From assembly GCA_017516075.1 (NCBI GenBank), contig JAFWDS010000021.1, positions 17,151 through 81,150 of the forward strand: DNA of 64,000 bases, given 5' to 3'. Shown here one piece after another: positions 18,373 through 27,767 of this stretch. This DNA is from Candidatus Saccharimonadota bacterium. GTDB lineage: Bacteria > Patescibacteriota > Saccharimonadia > Saccharimonadales > Saccharimonadaceae. Under the pieces are notes generated by a model. That model did no database searches. It was not told the DNA's origin and worked only from the letters and a program-made list of their open reading frames with translations. The position numbers and the translations under genes are program-made. How positions within the stretch are numbered: the first letter of the stretch is position 1; each line of letters opens with the position of its first letter.

Positions 18373-18872
18373 AGCAAAAGCAAAAGAGCATCAACAAAGA
18401 TTTTTGGCTTTGGTTTGGCGGAGCCTCACTGATTTTGATTTTAATAATCTCATTTCTGGCAATTCCCTATGCAAACAATAATTCAGGATCGCAAATTCCT
18501 ACTGAAACCACCAAACCAACCACTAAAACAGAAACCACCAAAACAGAAACAACCAATTCGGAGCCTACATCCGAAACCACCGAAACTCCAGAGCCGACGC
18601 CAACACCAACTCCGGCATCAACACCGGAATCGTCGCCAGAACCCGCTCAGACTCCTGCCCAAACTTACACCACCCCATCCACCACTTCCTCCTGCCACCA
18701 CGAAGAAGCTGGTCGTTGCTGGGACGACCTAGAAGACGAAGCCTATTCCGCCGGACAATACGACAGACAGTTTGGCTATTACGGCGCCACCTTAGAATAT
18801 GCCGATGATTGCAATGCCCTGTGTCGCGAAATCATCGAAGACGCTTACGACGAAGGCTGGTACGATTTTTAA
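18369..18872 (+). CDS. Membrane-anchored Pro/Thr-rich extracellular protein with small Cys-containing C-domain
   Basis: ATGA overlap with upstream stop; TM helix; TETT/PT repeats. Confidence 0.7.
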   Translation: MKQKQKSINKDFWLWFGGASLILILIISFLAIPYANNNSGSQIPTETTKPTTKTETTKTETTNSEPTSETTETPEPTPTPTPASTPESSPEPAQTPAQTYTTPSTTSSCHHEEAGRCWDDLEDEAYSAGQYDRQFGYYGATLEYADDCNALCREIIEDAYDEGWYDF

Positions 18873-19538
18873 TCACCATACAATTTCGCTCATCCCATTT
18901 GCTTTCAAAAACTCATTGCATTTCGAAAACGGTCGGCTCCCAAAGAACCCATTATAAGCCGACAAAGGCGACGGATGCGCCGACTCCAAAACCAAGTGCT
19001 TCGAGGTATCAATTAGCACTTTTTTGTTCCGCGCGTCTCTCCCCCAAAGAATAAACACTAGATGCGGCCTCTTCTCGTTCAAATATTTAATAGTTTCGGT
19101 TGTAAAAATCTCCCAACCCTTCCCGCTATGCGATTTTGGTCGATGTGCTTCCACGGTCAGAACGGTATTTAAAAGTAACACTCCCTGCTTTTGCCAATTA
19201 GACAAACTTCCGCGCGGATTGGCATGTTTACCAATATCCGCATCAATTTCCTTGTATATATTTATTAGACTCGGCGGTATCGGCTGCGAATTTGGCACCG
19301 AAAACGCCAATCCTTCCGCCGCTCCAGGTGTATGGTACGGGTCTTGTCCTAGTATCACCACTTTCACTTCATCGAGATCTGTCATGAACGCCCGAAACAC
19401 CAACTCCTTCCGCGGATAAATTGTTTTCTTCTCGTATTCTTCGTGCAAAAATGCAGATAATTCCTTAAAATACGGCTTTTCAAACTCACTCTTCAAAAAC
19501 GGCTTCCAACTCTCATGCATAAATTGATTATAATTCAT
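18873..19538 (-). CDS. ung: Uracil-DNA glycosylase (family 1)
   Basis: VILGQDPYH, GLAFSV, PPSL.NI, QGVLLLNT, HPSPLSA; start reassigned to ATG 19538. Confidence 0.95.
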   Translation of the reverse strand: MNYNQFMHESWKPFLKSEFEKPYFKELSAFLHEEYEKKTIYPRKELVFRAFMTDLDEVKVVILGQDPYHTPGAAEGLAFSVPNSQPIPPSLINIYKEIDADIGKHANPRGSLSNWQKQGVLLLNTVLTVEAHRPKSHSGKGWEIFTTETIKYLNEKRPHLVFILWGRDARNKKVLIDTSKHLVLESAHPSPLSAYNGFFGSRPFSKCNEFLKANGMSEIVW

Positions 19539-19693
19539 ATTTCTTTTTTTCGAAACATTTTGAAACTGCCCGATAAAAATTACAACAGTCACGGATGAGA
19601 ATCTGATACTGAAATATCAGGGCGAATCCGCCTGACCTGTTGTAATTTTTATGCGGCGCACGTTTCAACGTTGAAAAAAAAGAAATATGAATT
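19532..19693. repeat. Intergenic palindromic element, family C, overlapping ung start
   Basis: 16-bp IR ataaaaattacaacag/ctgttgtaatttttat plus 19-bp outer IR; near-identical inverted copy at 56573-56652. Confidence 0.85.
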
Positions 19694-19707
19694 TCTGATG
19701 AACAATA

Positions 19708-20733
19708 TTAATAAAGCGGAGGGTTTTTAAATAAATGCTCAATAACATTTCTCATTGTTTTTAATACATTTTTATCACGGAATTCAGAAATACCAGCGAT
19801 ACTCTTCCCTGCATCCTTGGACGAAGGACCACAATGATAAATAGTTTCAGAATCGGTACCATAGTCGATTACGATAAATCTATCATGTATTATCCCACGA
19901 GTTTTATAAAACTCTATTTGGATTTCAGGAAACTCTCGCCTAAAAGCATCGATGTCATTCTTATGCAAATAGTGCCCAACATTATCACTAAAAACCACAA
20001 CGCGCACATTGGCGTGAATTGTGGATAGTAGATTTAGGGTATTAATATCAATATAATCATCTATTATATAAATACTCGTTTTCGCCCGGTTGTAAACTCT
20101 TTGATACGTGCTTTTTGCTTCAATTATTTCTCCATTCATAAAAATAATTTCATTAGATTCTTTCAATTTACCAAAAGTTAATAGGAATGGCGCAATTTCG
20201 TCTTTTGTTATAGTTTCTTTCATTCTGTTCTCAACTACATATAAACGATTATCTAAGCTATTGATTCTGTTGTCGATATTTGGATAAGTGCCATTAAGAT
20301 AGAAATAATAATCTTTCAATGCTTTAAAAGTCCTAATCAAAGCCTTACTTTGCTTTGTAGCTAGTTCACCCTTTAAAACCGTCATCAACATATAAATACC
20401 TTGCTCGGTGAAAGCGTATGGTAAGTAGGAACGCCCACCTTTCACGCCCTTTTGTTGGATCGAGGTCAAATTTTTTGACCTCGATAATTCAACAATCTCA
20501 TCCCGACTTAATCTAAACATAAAATCAGAATCAAATTTTGCTATATTATTTTTAACCTGCTGATTAAATGCTTTTGTCGAATAGCCATATATTCTAGCGA
20601 GGTCATAATCTAGTATAACTTGTAGGCCTCTGATTTCGTGTATTATGCCTTTAATACTATGTTCATTAATTAGAATTAGACTTGATAGTTTCTTCGCCGC
20701 TTCTTTTTTAGAATTAGTATCGTTTTCTTTCAT
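19708..20733 (-). CDS. ORF6N-domain protein with C-terminal PLD-like (HDRF) domain
   Basis: IRGLQVILDYDLARIYG..TKAFNQQVKNN..KF..DFMFRL; GGR.YLPYAFTEQG; IYIIDDYI, IHDRFIVID, YHCGPSSKDAG. Confidence 0.75.
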   Translation of the reverse strand: MKENDTNSKKEAAKKLSSLILINEHSIKGIIHEIRGLQVILDYDLARIYGYSTKAFNQQVKNNIAKFDSDFMFRLSRDEIVELSRSKNLTSIQQKGVKGGRSYLPYAFTEQGIYMLMTVLKGELATKQSKALIRTFKALKDYYFYLNGTYPNIDNRINSLDNRLYVVENRMKETITKDEIAPFLLTFGKLKESNEIIFMNGEIIEAKSTYQRVYNRAKTSIYIIDDYIDINTLNLLSTIHANVRVVVFSDNVGHYLHKNDIDAFRREFPEIQIEFYKTRGIIHDRFIVIDYGTDSETIYHCGPSSKDAGKSIAGISEFRDKNVLKTMRNVIEHLFKNPPLY

Positions 20734-20824
20734 ATGGGCAAAGTAACATAAGGAGGCAAACTATTCAACCCCCCACTAGTCAAAAAAACGCAACATAAGA
20801 ATTATAATATGGTAAAATTTGAGT

Positions 20825-21412
20825 ATGGCAAAACTGTATTTTAGATATGGCGCGATGGGGTGTGGCAAGACTATGCAGCTTCTCCAAGTCGCTTTCAATT
20901 ACGAAGAGCGCGGCCACAAAGTCTGCGTGATCAAACCAGCTACCGATACCAAAAACGGCACCAAGCTCCTGACTCGCATCGGTCCGGAAAGAGAAACCGA
21001 CTTTTGTTTTGATCAGAATATAGACATTTTTAAAGAAGTCAAGAAAAACTATAAAAACGTCCAATGTATTTTAGTCGACGAAGCACAATTCCTTACTCCA
21101 GCTCAAGCCGACCAGCTCATGATGATTACTATCAAACTCGACATTCCTGTAATGGCCTATGGGCTTCGTCTCAATTTTCGCCGCGAAGATGGTGGATTTG
21201 AAGGCGCCACTCGGCTACTCCAAATAGCTCACGATATCGAAGAAATCAAAACCATTTGTGAATGTGGCCACAAAGCCACTTTGAATGCTAGATTTTTGGA
21301 TGACAAATTAGTTGCCGATGGTCCAGATATTTTAATAGATGATGGCAAAAGCAAAATCGAATACCGCGCCCTTTGCCCCGCTTGCTATGAAAGGTATTTA
21401 GAATGTATATAG
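20825..21412 (+). CDS. tdk: Thymidine kinase
   Basis: YGAMGCGKT, ILVDEAQFL, YGLR, IKTICECG, CPACY. Confidence 0.93.
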   Translation: MAKLYFRYGAMGCGKTMQLLQVAFNYEERGHKVCVIKPATDTKNGTKLLTRIGPERETDFCFDQNIDIFKEVKKNYKNVQCILVDEAQFLTPAQADQLMMITIKLDIPVMAYGLRLNFRREDGGFEGATRLLQIAHDIEEIKTICECGHKATLNARFLDDKLVADGPDILIDDGKSKIEYRALCPACYERYLECI

Positions 21413-22002
21413 TCATCGAAGGTCAAGACGGCACCGGCAAATCCACTCAAGCCGAATTGCTCAAAAAATACTATGAAGACCAAGGCAAAGAAGTCGTCAT
21501 GCTCGAAGAACCAGACGGAGATTTGCCCCAGGCGCATGATTTGCACGACATGATTCTAACTCGCGGCTACAATTTCGAACCGCTTTCAAACGTCCTATTA
21601 TTCACAGTAGCTCGTATCGAACTCTGGAAAAAAATCGCCGAGCCAGTTTTAAAAAGAAACGGCATTGTAATTTCCGCTCGCAACTATTGGTCTACGCTTG
21701 CCTATCAAGGTTATGGTGAGGGTGTGTCTAGAAGCAAAATCATTCGCCTCACTAAAGAGTTATTACCAGAAAAGTATTTCAATCCAGACTACGGCTTCAT
21801 CCTCACGGTCTCGGACGCAGTTCGTCTGGCTCGCCAAAAGAACCGCGGCAAAGCCACCGAAACTTTTGAGAGAAAAGCCGACGAATTCCAACAAAAAGTC
21901 AATTCCGCCTATCCCAAAATCGCCAAAGAATTCGGCCTCACAATTGTTGACGCCTCCGGCACCATCGAAGAAATCTTCGATTTAATTCTCGCTAAACTGT
22001 GA
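21403..22002 (+). CDS. tmk: Thymidylate kinase
   Basis: IVIEGQDGTGKSTQ, EEP, SARNYWSTLAYQG. Confidence 0.92.
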   Translation: MYIVIEGQDGTGKSTQAELLKKYYEDQGKEVVMLEEPDGDLPQAHDLHDMILTRGYNFEPLSNVLLFTVARIELWKKIAEPVLKRNGIVISARNYWSTLAYQGYGEGVSRSKIIRLTKELLPEKYFNPDYGFILTVSDAVRLARQKNRGKATETFERKADEFQQKVNSAYPKIAKEFGLTIVDASGTIEEIFDLILAKL

Positions 22003-23757
22003 ATTATATAATTCTGCGTAAAAACCATTTTTCTTCAAAAGCTGTTCATGGTTCCCCTGTTCCGCAATCGCTCCATCTTTCATCACTAGTATCAAATCCG
22101 AATTCCGAATCGTAGATAGCCTATGCGCAATCACAAACGACGTCCGTCCATGAGTCAGTTTTTCAAACGAATCTTGAATTAATTGCTCGGTACGCGTATC
22201 CACATTCGACGTCGCTTCGTCTAGTATCATCATCGGCGGATTTGCTACCATTGCGCGCGCGATTGTAATTAGTTGTTTCTCGCCCGCCGAAATATTATCC
22301 GAATCCTCAGATATCTCCGAATGATAATTTTTGGGCAGCGCTTCGATAATATGATCTACGTTTGACGCTTTCGCCGCCTTCCTAATATCGTCTAGCGAAG
22401 CGTGTAAATTCCCGTAGCGCAGGTTCTCCTCCACCGTTCCAGAAAACAGCCAAGTATCCTGCAGCACCATCCCAAATAATTTCCTCACATCCGCTCGTTT
22501 CATTTCGCGCGTCGGCACGCCATCAATCGTGATATACCCACTATCCGTTTCGTAGAATCGCATGAGTAAATTAATCAAAGTCGTCTTGCCGGCACCAGTA
22601 GGTCCTACAATCGCTACTTTCATCCCGGGCTCCACTTTTACCGAAAAATCCTTAATCACTGGTGTACCAGGAAGATACCCAAAGTCCACATGATGAAATT
22701 CTACTTCGCCTTTAATGTTCTCTACTATCCTAGCTGGCTCCGCATCCGGCTCTTCTTCCGGCTCGTTCAAAAATTCAAACACGCGTTCGCTCGCTGCAAG
22801 CAGTGCTTGCAGAGTAGAAGTAGTTGACGCGATCTCAGTAATCGGACGATTAAACCGCGATACATATTGGATGAACGCCTGAATATCACCGATATTGATG
22901 ATATTCTGCACCACAAAGACACCACCCAGTGCGCAGACCGCCACATATCCAAGATTCGTGAAAATATGCGTTACCGGGAATGACAAGGATGAATAGATTT
23001 GCGCCCTCCTTGATACCATCGTGAGCTTTTCGTTAATCTTACTAAACTCAGCCAGCGCTGGACCTTCATACGAATTAGATTTAATCACAATTTCGCCAGC
23101 ATAATCTTCCTCGATTTCACTATTTAGTACCCCCAGCGTACTCTGCTGCTCGCGGAAATACTTTTGCGCATACTTCATAATCTTTCCAACTACGATTACC
23201 GAAACTGGCACCACTACAAACGAAATCAAGGATAGCGGTACCGAAATCGTCAGCATAATAATCATTACGCCGATGAGGGTAGTAAGACTCAGCGAGATGT
23301 CCGCAATTTCCTGCGACATTGATGTAGTCAAAACATCCACATCATTCGCCATTCTCGACAACGTATCGCCATATTGATGTTTATCAAAATAGGCAATCGG
23401 CAGTCGGAAGATTTTTTCCAAAATCTTTTCACGAAGTTCCCTAGTATATTTTGCCGATACGACCGCCAAAATATATGCCTGTGCATAGTTCAAAATCGCA
23501 GAACTAATAAACAAAACAATCGCAAGAATTGCTTTACCACCTAGCGCCGACCAGTCCATTTCTGGATACGTCGTCACCGCGATTGTCGTCATATCGCCAA
23601 GGATTTTTGGAATAAACAGCCCCAAAATTGCTGAACCAATTGTTAGGATTATTGCAACAATAATCGGAAAACGATATCCTCTGATAGACTTCAAGAATAC
23701 TTTAAAAGACTGCCACATGCTTTTATCGAGCTTCTTTTTACCTGGTCTTTTACGCAC
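21982..23757 (-). CDS. ABC exporter, fused TMD-NBD (heterodimer subunit B)
   Basis: GPTGAGKTT, ISAGEKQLITIAR, ILDEATSNVD, IAHRLSTI. Confidence 0.92.
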   Translation of the reverse strand: MRKRPGKKKLDKSMWQSFKVFLKSIRGYRFPIIVAIILTIGSAILGLFIPKILGDMTTIAVTTYPEMDWSALGGKAILAIVLFISSAILNYAQAYILAVVSAKYTRELREKILEKIFRLPIAYFDKHQYGDTLSRMANDVDVLTTSMSQEIADISLSLTTLIGVMIIMLTISVPLSLISFVVVPVSVIVVGKIMKYAQKYFREQQSTLGVLNSEIEEDYAGEIVIKSNSYEGPALAEFSKINEKLTMVSRRAQIYSSLSFPVTHIFTNLGYVAVCALGGVFVVQNIINIGDIQAFIQYVSRFNRPITEIASTTSTLQALLAASERVFEFLNEPEEEPDAEPARIVENIKGEVEFHHVDFGYLPGTPVIKDFSVKVEPGMKVAIVGPTGAGKTTLINLLMRFYETDSGYITIDGVPTREMKRADVRKLFGMVLQDTWLFSGTVEENLRYGNLHASLDDIRKAAKASNVDHIIEALPKNYHSEISEDSDNISAGEKQLITIARAMVANPPMMILDEATSNVDTRTEQLIQDSFEKLTHGRTSFVIAHRLSTIRNSDLILVMKDGAIAEQGNHEQLLKKNGFYAELYNSQFSEN

Positions 23758-25516
23758 GTCGACCTCCTTTCTCCGCCTTTTTCATTTCTGTCTTAAACTC
23801 CTGGTCCGAGAATTGCGACTTAACAATTTCCTGGTAAACTTTACACTTCTTGAGTAGCTCAAGATGCGTGCCTTTCCCTACTACGCGTCCATTGTCTAAC
23901 ACCACGATCTGTTCCGCATCTTTGATGGTAGAAACTCTCTGCGCCACAATCAAAACCACTGCGGAATCGGTGATTTCTTTCAAAGCTTCGCGAAGCCTCG
24001 CGTCGGTTTTCATATCCAGCGCTGAAAAAGCATCGTCGAAGATAAATATATCCGGCTTTTTACAAATCGCCCGAGCAATCGATAAACGCTGTTTCTGTCC
24101 GCCAGACACATTCGTCCCGCCTTGTGAGATGTGCGAATTGTACTTTTCTGGCAATTTTTCGATAAAGTTTTCAGCTTGCGCAATTCTGGCGGACTTGCGC
24201 ATATCCTCATCTGTAGCATCTGGCGCACCAAATTTAATATTAGATTTCACCGTTCCAGCAAATAACATTCCTCTTTGTGGTACATATCCGATTCGCTTCA
24301 TCAAATCATCCTTCGCATATTCCTTGATAGATAAGCCATTGATTAAAATTTCGCCAGCTGTTGCCTCGTAAAATCTTGGCACCAAATTAATGAGTGTGGA
24401 TTTTCCAGATCCAGTCGAACCGATAAATGCCGTCGTCTCGCCAGCTTTCGCTTCGAACGACACATCACCCAGCACCTTTTCATTCGCTTCCGGATAACAA
24501 AAGTCCACATTCTTAAATTCCACTTTGGCTTCCCTATCCGGCACGCCGTTGGTTTTGTTTTTCCAATTAATCTTCGGCACGCGTTTCAAGACATCGTTAA
24601 TTCTATGCGCAGACACATTGGCTCGCGGTAGCATCACAAATAGCATCGACATCATTAAAAACGACATCATTACATGTCCCACATACTGCGCGAACGCCGT
24701 CATATTGCCAAGATATGCGAAATCTTTCGAGAGCAACGAAATCCCCACCCACGAACATAAAAGCGTTGTGCCATTAAATATAATATTTATCAACGGATTC
24801 TGTAGCTCCAAAACTTTATCAATAAAAATCAAAAGTTTAGTCAAAGCGTCATTAGTCTTAGTAAACTTCTTTTTTTCTAACTTTTCATTGTCAAAAGCGC
24901 GTACCACCTTTAGCCCAGTCAAATTCTCTCGCGTAATCAAAGTAATCTTATCAATTAATTCCTGGAAGATCTTGAACTTCGGCATTACCAAAGACATTAT
25001 CAAAATCGCCGAGCCAATAATTGAGACAGCTCCTACCATAATAATCCAACTCATATCCGGCGCGGTCTGGATTGCCATAATAATCGAAATCACCAAGAAT
25101 AGTGGCGCCCGGAGCATAATAGCAAATATCATAATAGTTACCATCTGTACCTGATTTACATCATTGGTCGTACGAGTAATAAGCGAAGCTGTGCTGAACT
25201 CTTTGAGATCTAGCAGATTAAAATTAATAATTCGTGTAAAAATCGCTTCCCGCACATCTCTAGCGTAGCTCGTCCCAACTCTTGCTGCAAAATAGCTCGA
25301 CACCAAAGACGAAATCGCCGAAATCACCGCGAGACCTATCATTCTCGCGCCAGTCACCCATATATAGTCTGTGTTCCCAGGCACGATACCATCATTAATA
25401 ATATCTGCCATCAACGCCGGTAAACGCAGTGTAGTCCATACTTGTACTCCTGTTGCGAGTATTAGTATAATCAACTGCCACCAATATGGTTTCAAAAACC
25501 TAAACAACTTAAACAT
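23750..25516 (-). CDS. ABC exporter, fused TMD-NBD (heterodimer subunit A, degenerate site)
   Basis: GSTGSGKST, VSGGQKQRLSIAR, FDDAFSALD, VAQRVSTI. Confidence 0.92.
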   Translation of the reverse strand: MFKLFRFLKPYWWQLIILILATGVQVWTTLRLPALMADIINDGIVPGNTDYIWVTGARMIGLAVISAISSLVSSYFAARVGTSYARDVREAIFTRIINFNLLDLKEFSTASLITRTTNDVNQVQMVTIMIFAIMLRAPLFLVISIIMAIQTAPDMSWIIMVGAVSIIGSAILIMSLVMPKFKIFQELIDKITLITRENLTGLKVVRAFDNEKLEKKKFTKTNDALTKLLIFIDKVLELQNPLINIIFNGTTLLCSWVGISLLSKDFAYLGNMTAFAQYVGHVMMSFLMMSMLFVMLPRANVSAHRINDVLKRVPKINWKNKTNGVPDREAKVEFKNVDFCYPEANEKVLGDVSFEAKAGETTAFIGSTGSGKSTLINLVPRFYEATAGEILINGLSIKEYAKDDLMKRIGYVPQRGMLFAGTVKSNIKFGAPDATDEDMRKSARIAQAENFIEKLPEKYNSHISQGGTNVSGGQKQRLSIARAICKKPDIFIFDDAFSALDMKTDARLREALKEITDSAVVLIVAQRVSTIKDAEQIVVLDNGRVVGKGTHLELLKKCKVYQEIVKSQFSDQEFKTEMKKAEKGGRRA

Positions 25517-25519
25517 ATT

Positions 25520-26611
25520 TTAATCCTTTTTCTCTCGCTTTCTTTCGTAATGCATCCTCATATAAATAATTGGCCCCATCAATATATAGGCATAATACGA
25601 GAAGAATCTCCATACCAACATTGCCCAAAACACATATCCAGAAGAAAGCGCCGAAAATACCACAAAGAAGGTACCTTCTGCCGCCCCGGCATTACCAGGC
25701 GTTGGTACAAAATACACCGCCGAAGTCACCGCAACTGTTGTCACAAAACACGGCAAAAAATCTACCTGCCCACCAAATGCATTCAAGACAAAAAACGGGA
25801 TCATCGCAATTAACGTATTAAATATCACCGACATCAGTATAGTTTTTAGGAATAATCCTTTTGTCGACAAAATTTTCCTCACACACTTCGCATATTCATT
25901 GATTTCGTAGTTTACTTTCTTGATGGTTTTGTCCTTGTTCTTGACGATATGGATTTTTGCTAGGAATTTTACAATCAAGCCAATGATTTCGGAAGTAGCT
26001 TTCGGCAAAAACGTTGCAATCATCACCGTGACCGGCCAAAAAGCATAAAACAATAAGCCAAAACATGCCGTACCAATCAACATTGCATTATCAATCGATA
26101 GGCTCCCAAACAGAAAACAAAGCACCGCAATTATAATAAATCCGATTTGCCCAGAAATCATTCCAAAAACTGGAATCGAGGTCGAAACACCATTCGGCAA
26201 ATTTGAATTCTTGCGCATATAATAAATCTGAAACGGCTGCCCACCGATTGCGGCTGGCGTTATGTTGTCATAATACCTTCCTAGTAGCACCGTGCGCCTT
26301 GCTACCTTTCGCGCACGCCTATAGTCGAATTTGGCTTTGTCGGGTGACATCTCTCGCATGATTAAAACATATTTGCTAATTTCGAACCAAAGCGCCACCA
26401 CAAAACAAAGTGTCGCCGGAATCAAAAACCACCAATTCATTTTCACATCCGATAGTGCCGCCGCGTTTTCGGAATTACCAAATTCAAGTACCGCAGTAAT
26501 TACGATTACGGCAATATTTATTAAAATGAACAATGCTATCAGTAGTGGCTTTTTGGCGATTTTTTTAGGCACTAACTTCTTACTGTCTATATCTGGTTCT
26601 TCTTGGGGCAT
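25520..26611 (-). CDS. Lysylphosphatidylglycerol synthase TM / flippase-like protein (UPF0104)
   Basis: GRYYDNITPAAIGGQPFQIYYM, VPTPGNAGAAEG, WRFFSYY. Confidence 0.8.
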   Translation of the reverse strand: MPQEEPDIDSKKLVPKKIAKKPLLIALFILINIAVIVITAVLEFGNSENAAALSDVKMNWWFLIPATLCFVVALWFEISKYVLIMREMSPDKAKFDYRRARKVARRTVLLGRYYDNITPAAIGGQPFQIYYMRKNSNLPNGVSTSIPVFGMISGQIGFIIIAVLCFLFGSLSIDNAMLIGTACFGLLFYAFWPVTVMIATFLPKATSEIIGLIVKFLAKIHIVKNKDKTIKKVNYEINEYAKCVRKILSTKGLFLKTILMSVIFNTLIAMIPFFVLNAFGGQVDFLPCFVTTVAVTSAVYFVPTPGNAGAAEGTFFVVFSALSSGYVFWAMLVWRFFSYYAYILMGPIIYMRMHYERKREKKD

Positions 26612-26613
26612 TT

Positions 26614-27714
26614 TTATCTCGCACTTTTGATATTAGGATACTCTTCAATCAATACTCTAATGCAACCAGCAATCGGAATCGCGATAATCGCGCCAAGTAG
26701 TCCAAACATATATACACCAATAGTAACTGCACACAGGATGACTACAGGGCGCAAATTCAAAGCGTTTCCCTGAATCTTTGGTGCAATCAAATTGTTTTCA
26801 ATTTGTGAATAAGATATATAAATAACCGCAAAAATCAAACCACCCCACAGGCTGGACGGAATCAAGAGCAGAGTTACCAAAGTCCCACCAATAAACTGCC
26901 CAAACATCGGGATAAGATAGAATAGTGTAGTAATCAGCCCCATCGGAATAGCTAAACTCGACGAAAAACCAAATATCAACGACAAAACAAACACTATTAA
27001 CATAGTTGCGCAACCATCTATCACTGCAACTAACACCTGTCTTGAAACATATGTCGAAACTACATTAGCCATGCGCGAAACTATTCGCTTGGTCACGCCA
27101 ACACTTTTCTTATCCTCACCAGAACCCAAACTTTTCCAAATGGATTCCATCATATCCGGACCTTCCATCAAGAATAAAAGGGTGAGCACAAGTACTAATG
27201 CTGCTTTCATCACGATGTCTGCTATGCCGCTCACACTAGACATCAGATTATTCCCCAAAACTCCCATCAGGTTTTCCGAAACACCTTTAAGAGCATTTTC
27301 AATTTCAGCATGCAAATCCTGCACACCAATTGACTGACCAAAACTATTAACCCCGTCCCAGCCCCCAAAGGTCCGCTCAAAAGTCTGCGGGAAATTTTGG
27401 ATAAATTTGGCGGTTTCATTTACGACTACTGGCCCCACAATAGCAATAATTCCGCCAATCACGATCACTACAATGAAATACGCCAGTACTGCCGACAGAC
27501 TTCGGTGCTTTTTGTCGTTACCAAAGCATTTAGTAAAAAAATGATTAACCTTATGCACTAGCGGCTTCAAAGCTAACGCCAAGAAAATTGAAATACCGAC
27601 GATGATTAGCCCAGCTGCAGCTTTATACAGGAAAAACAATAAAAAGGCTATAATTAGTGGCACCAACCAAAATTTAGTGAAAGTTTTCATATCGGTTTCA
27701 ATTTGCTTTGACAT
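26614..27714 (-). CDS. AI-2E family (PerM-like) transporter
   Basis: LALALKPLV, LIPMFGQFIG, QIENNLIAPKIQG..LNL.P. Confidence 0.85.
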   Translation of the reverse strand: MSKQIETDMKTFTKFWLVPLIIAFLLFFLYKAAAGLIIVGISIFLALALKPLVHKVNHFFTKCFGNDKKHRSLSAVLAYFIVVIVIGGIIAIVGPVVVNETAKFIQNFPQTFERTFGGWDGVNSFGQSIGVQDLHAEIENALKGVSENLMGVLGNNLMSSVSGIADIVMKAALVLVLTLLFLMEGPDMMESIWKSLGSGEDKKSVGVTKRIVSRMANVVSTYVSRQVLVAVIDGCATMLIVFVLSLIFGFSSSLAIPMGLITTLFYLIPMFGQFIGGTLVTLLLIPSSLWGGLIFAVIYISYSQIENNLIAPKIQGNALNLRPVVILCAVTIGVYMFGLLGAIIAIPIAGCIRVLIEEYPNIKSAR

Positions 27715-27767
27715 AAACCTCCTTATAGATATATTGTAGCATAAATATTATTATGTTGCGAAAGATT

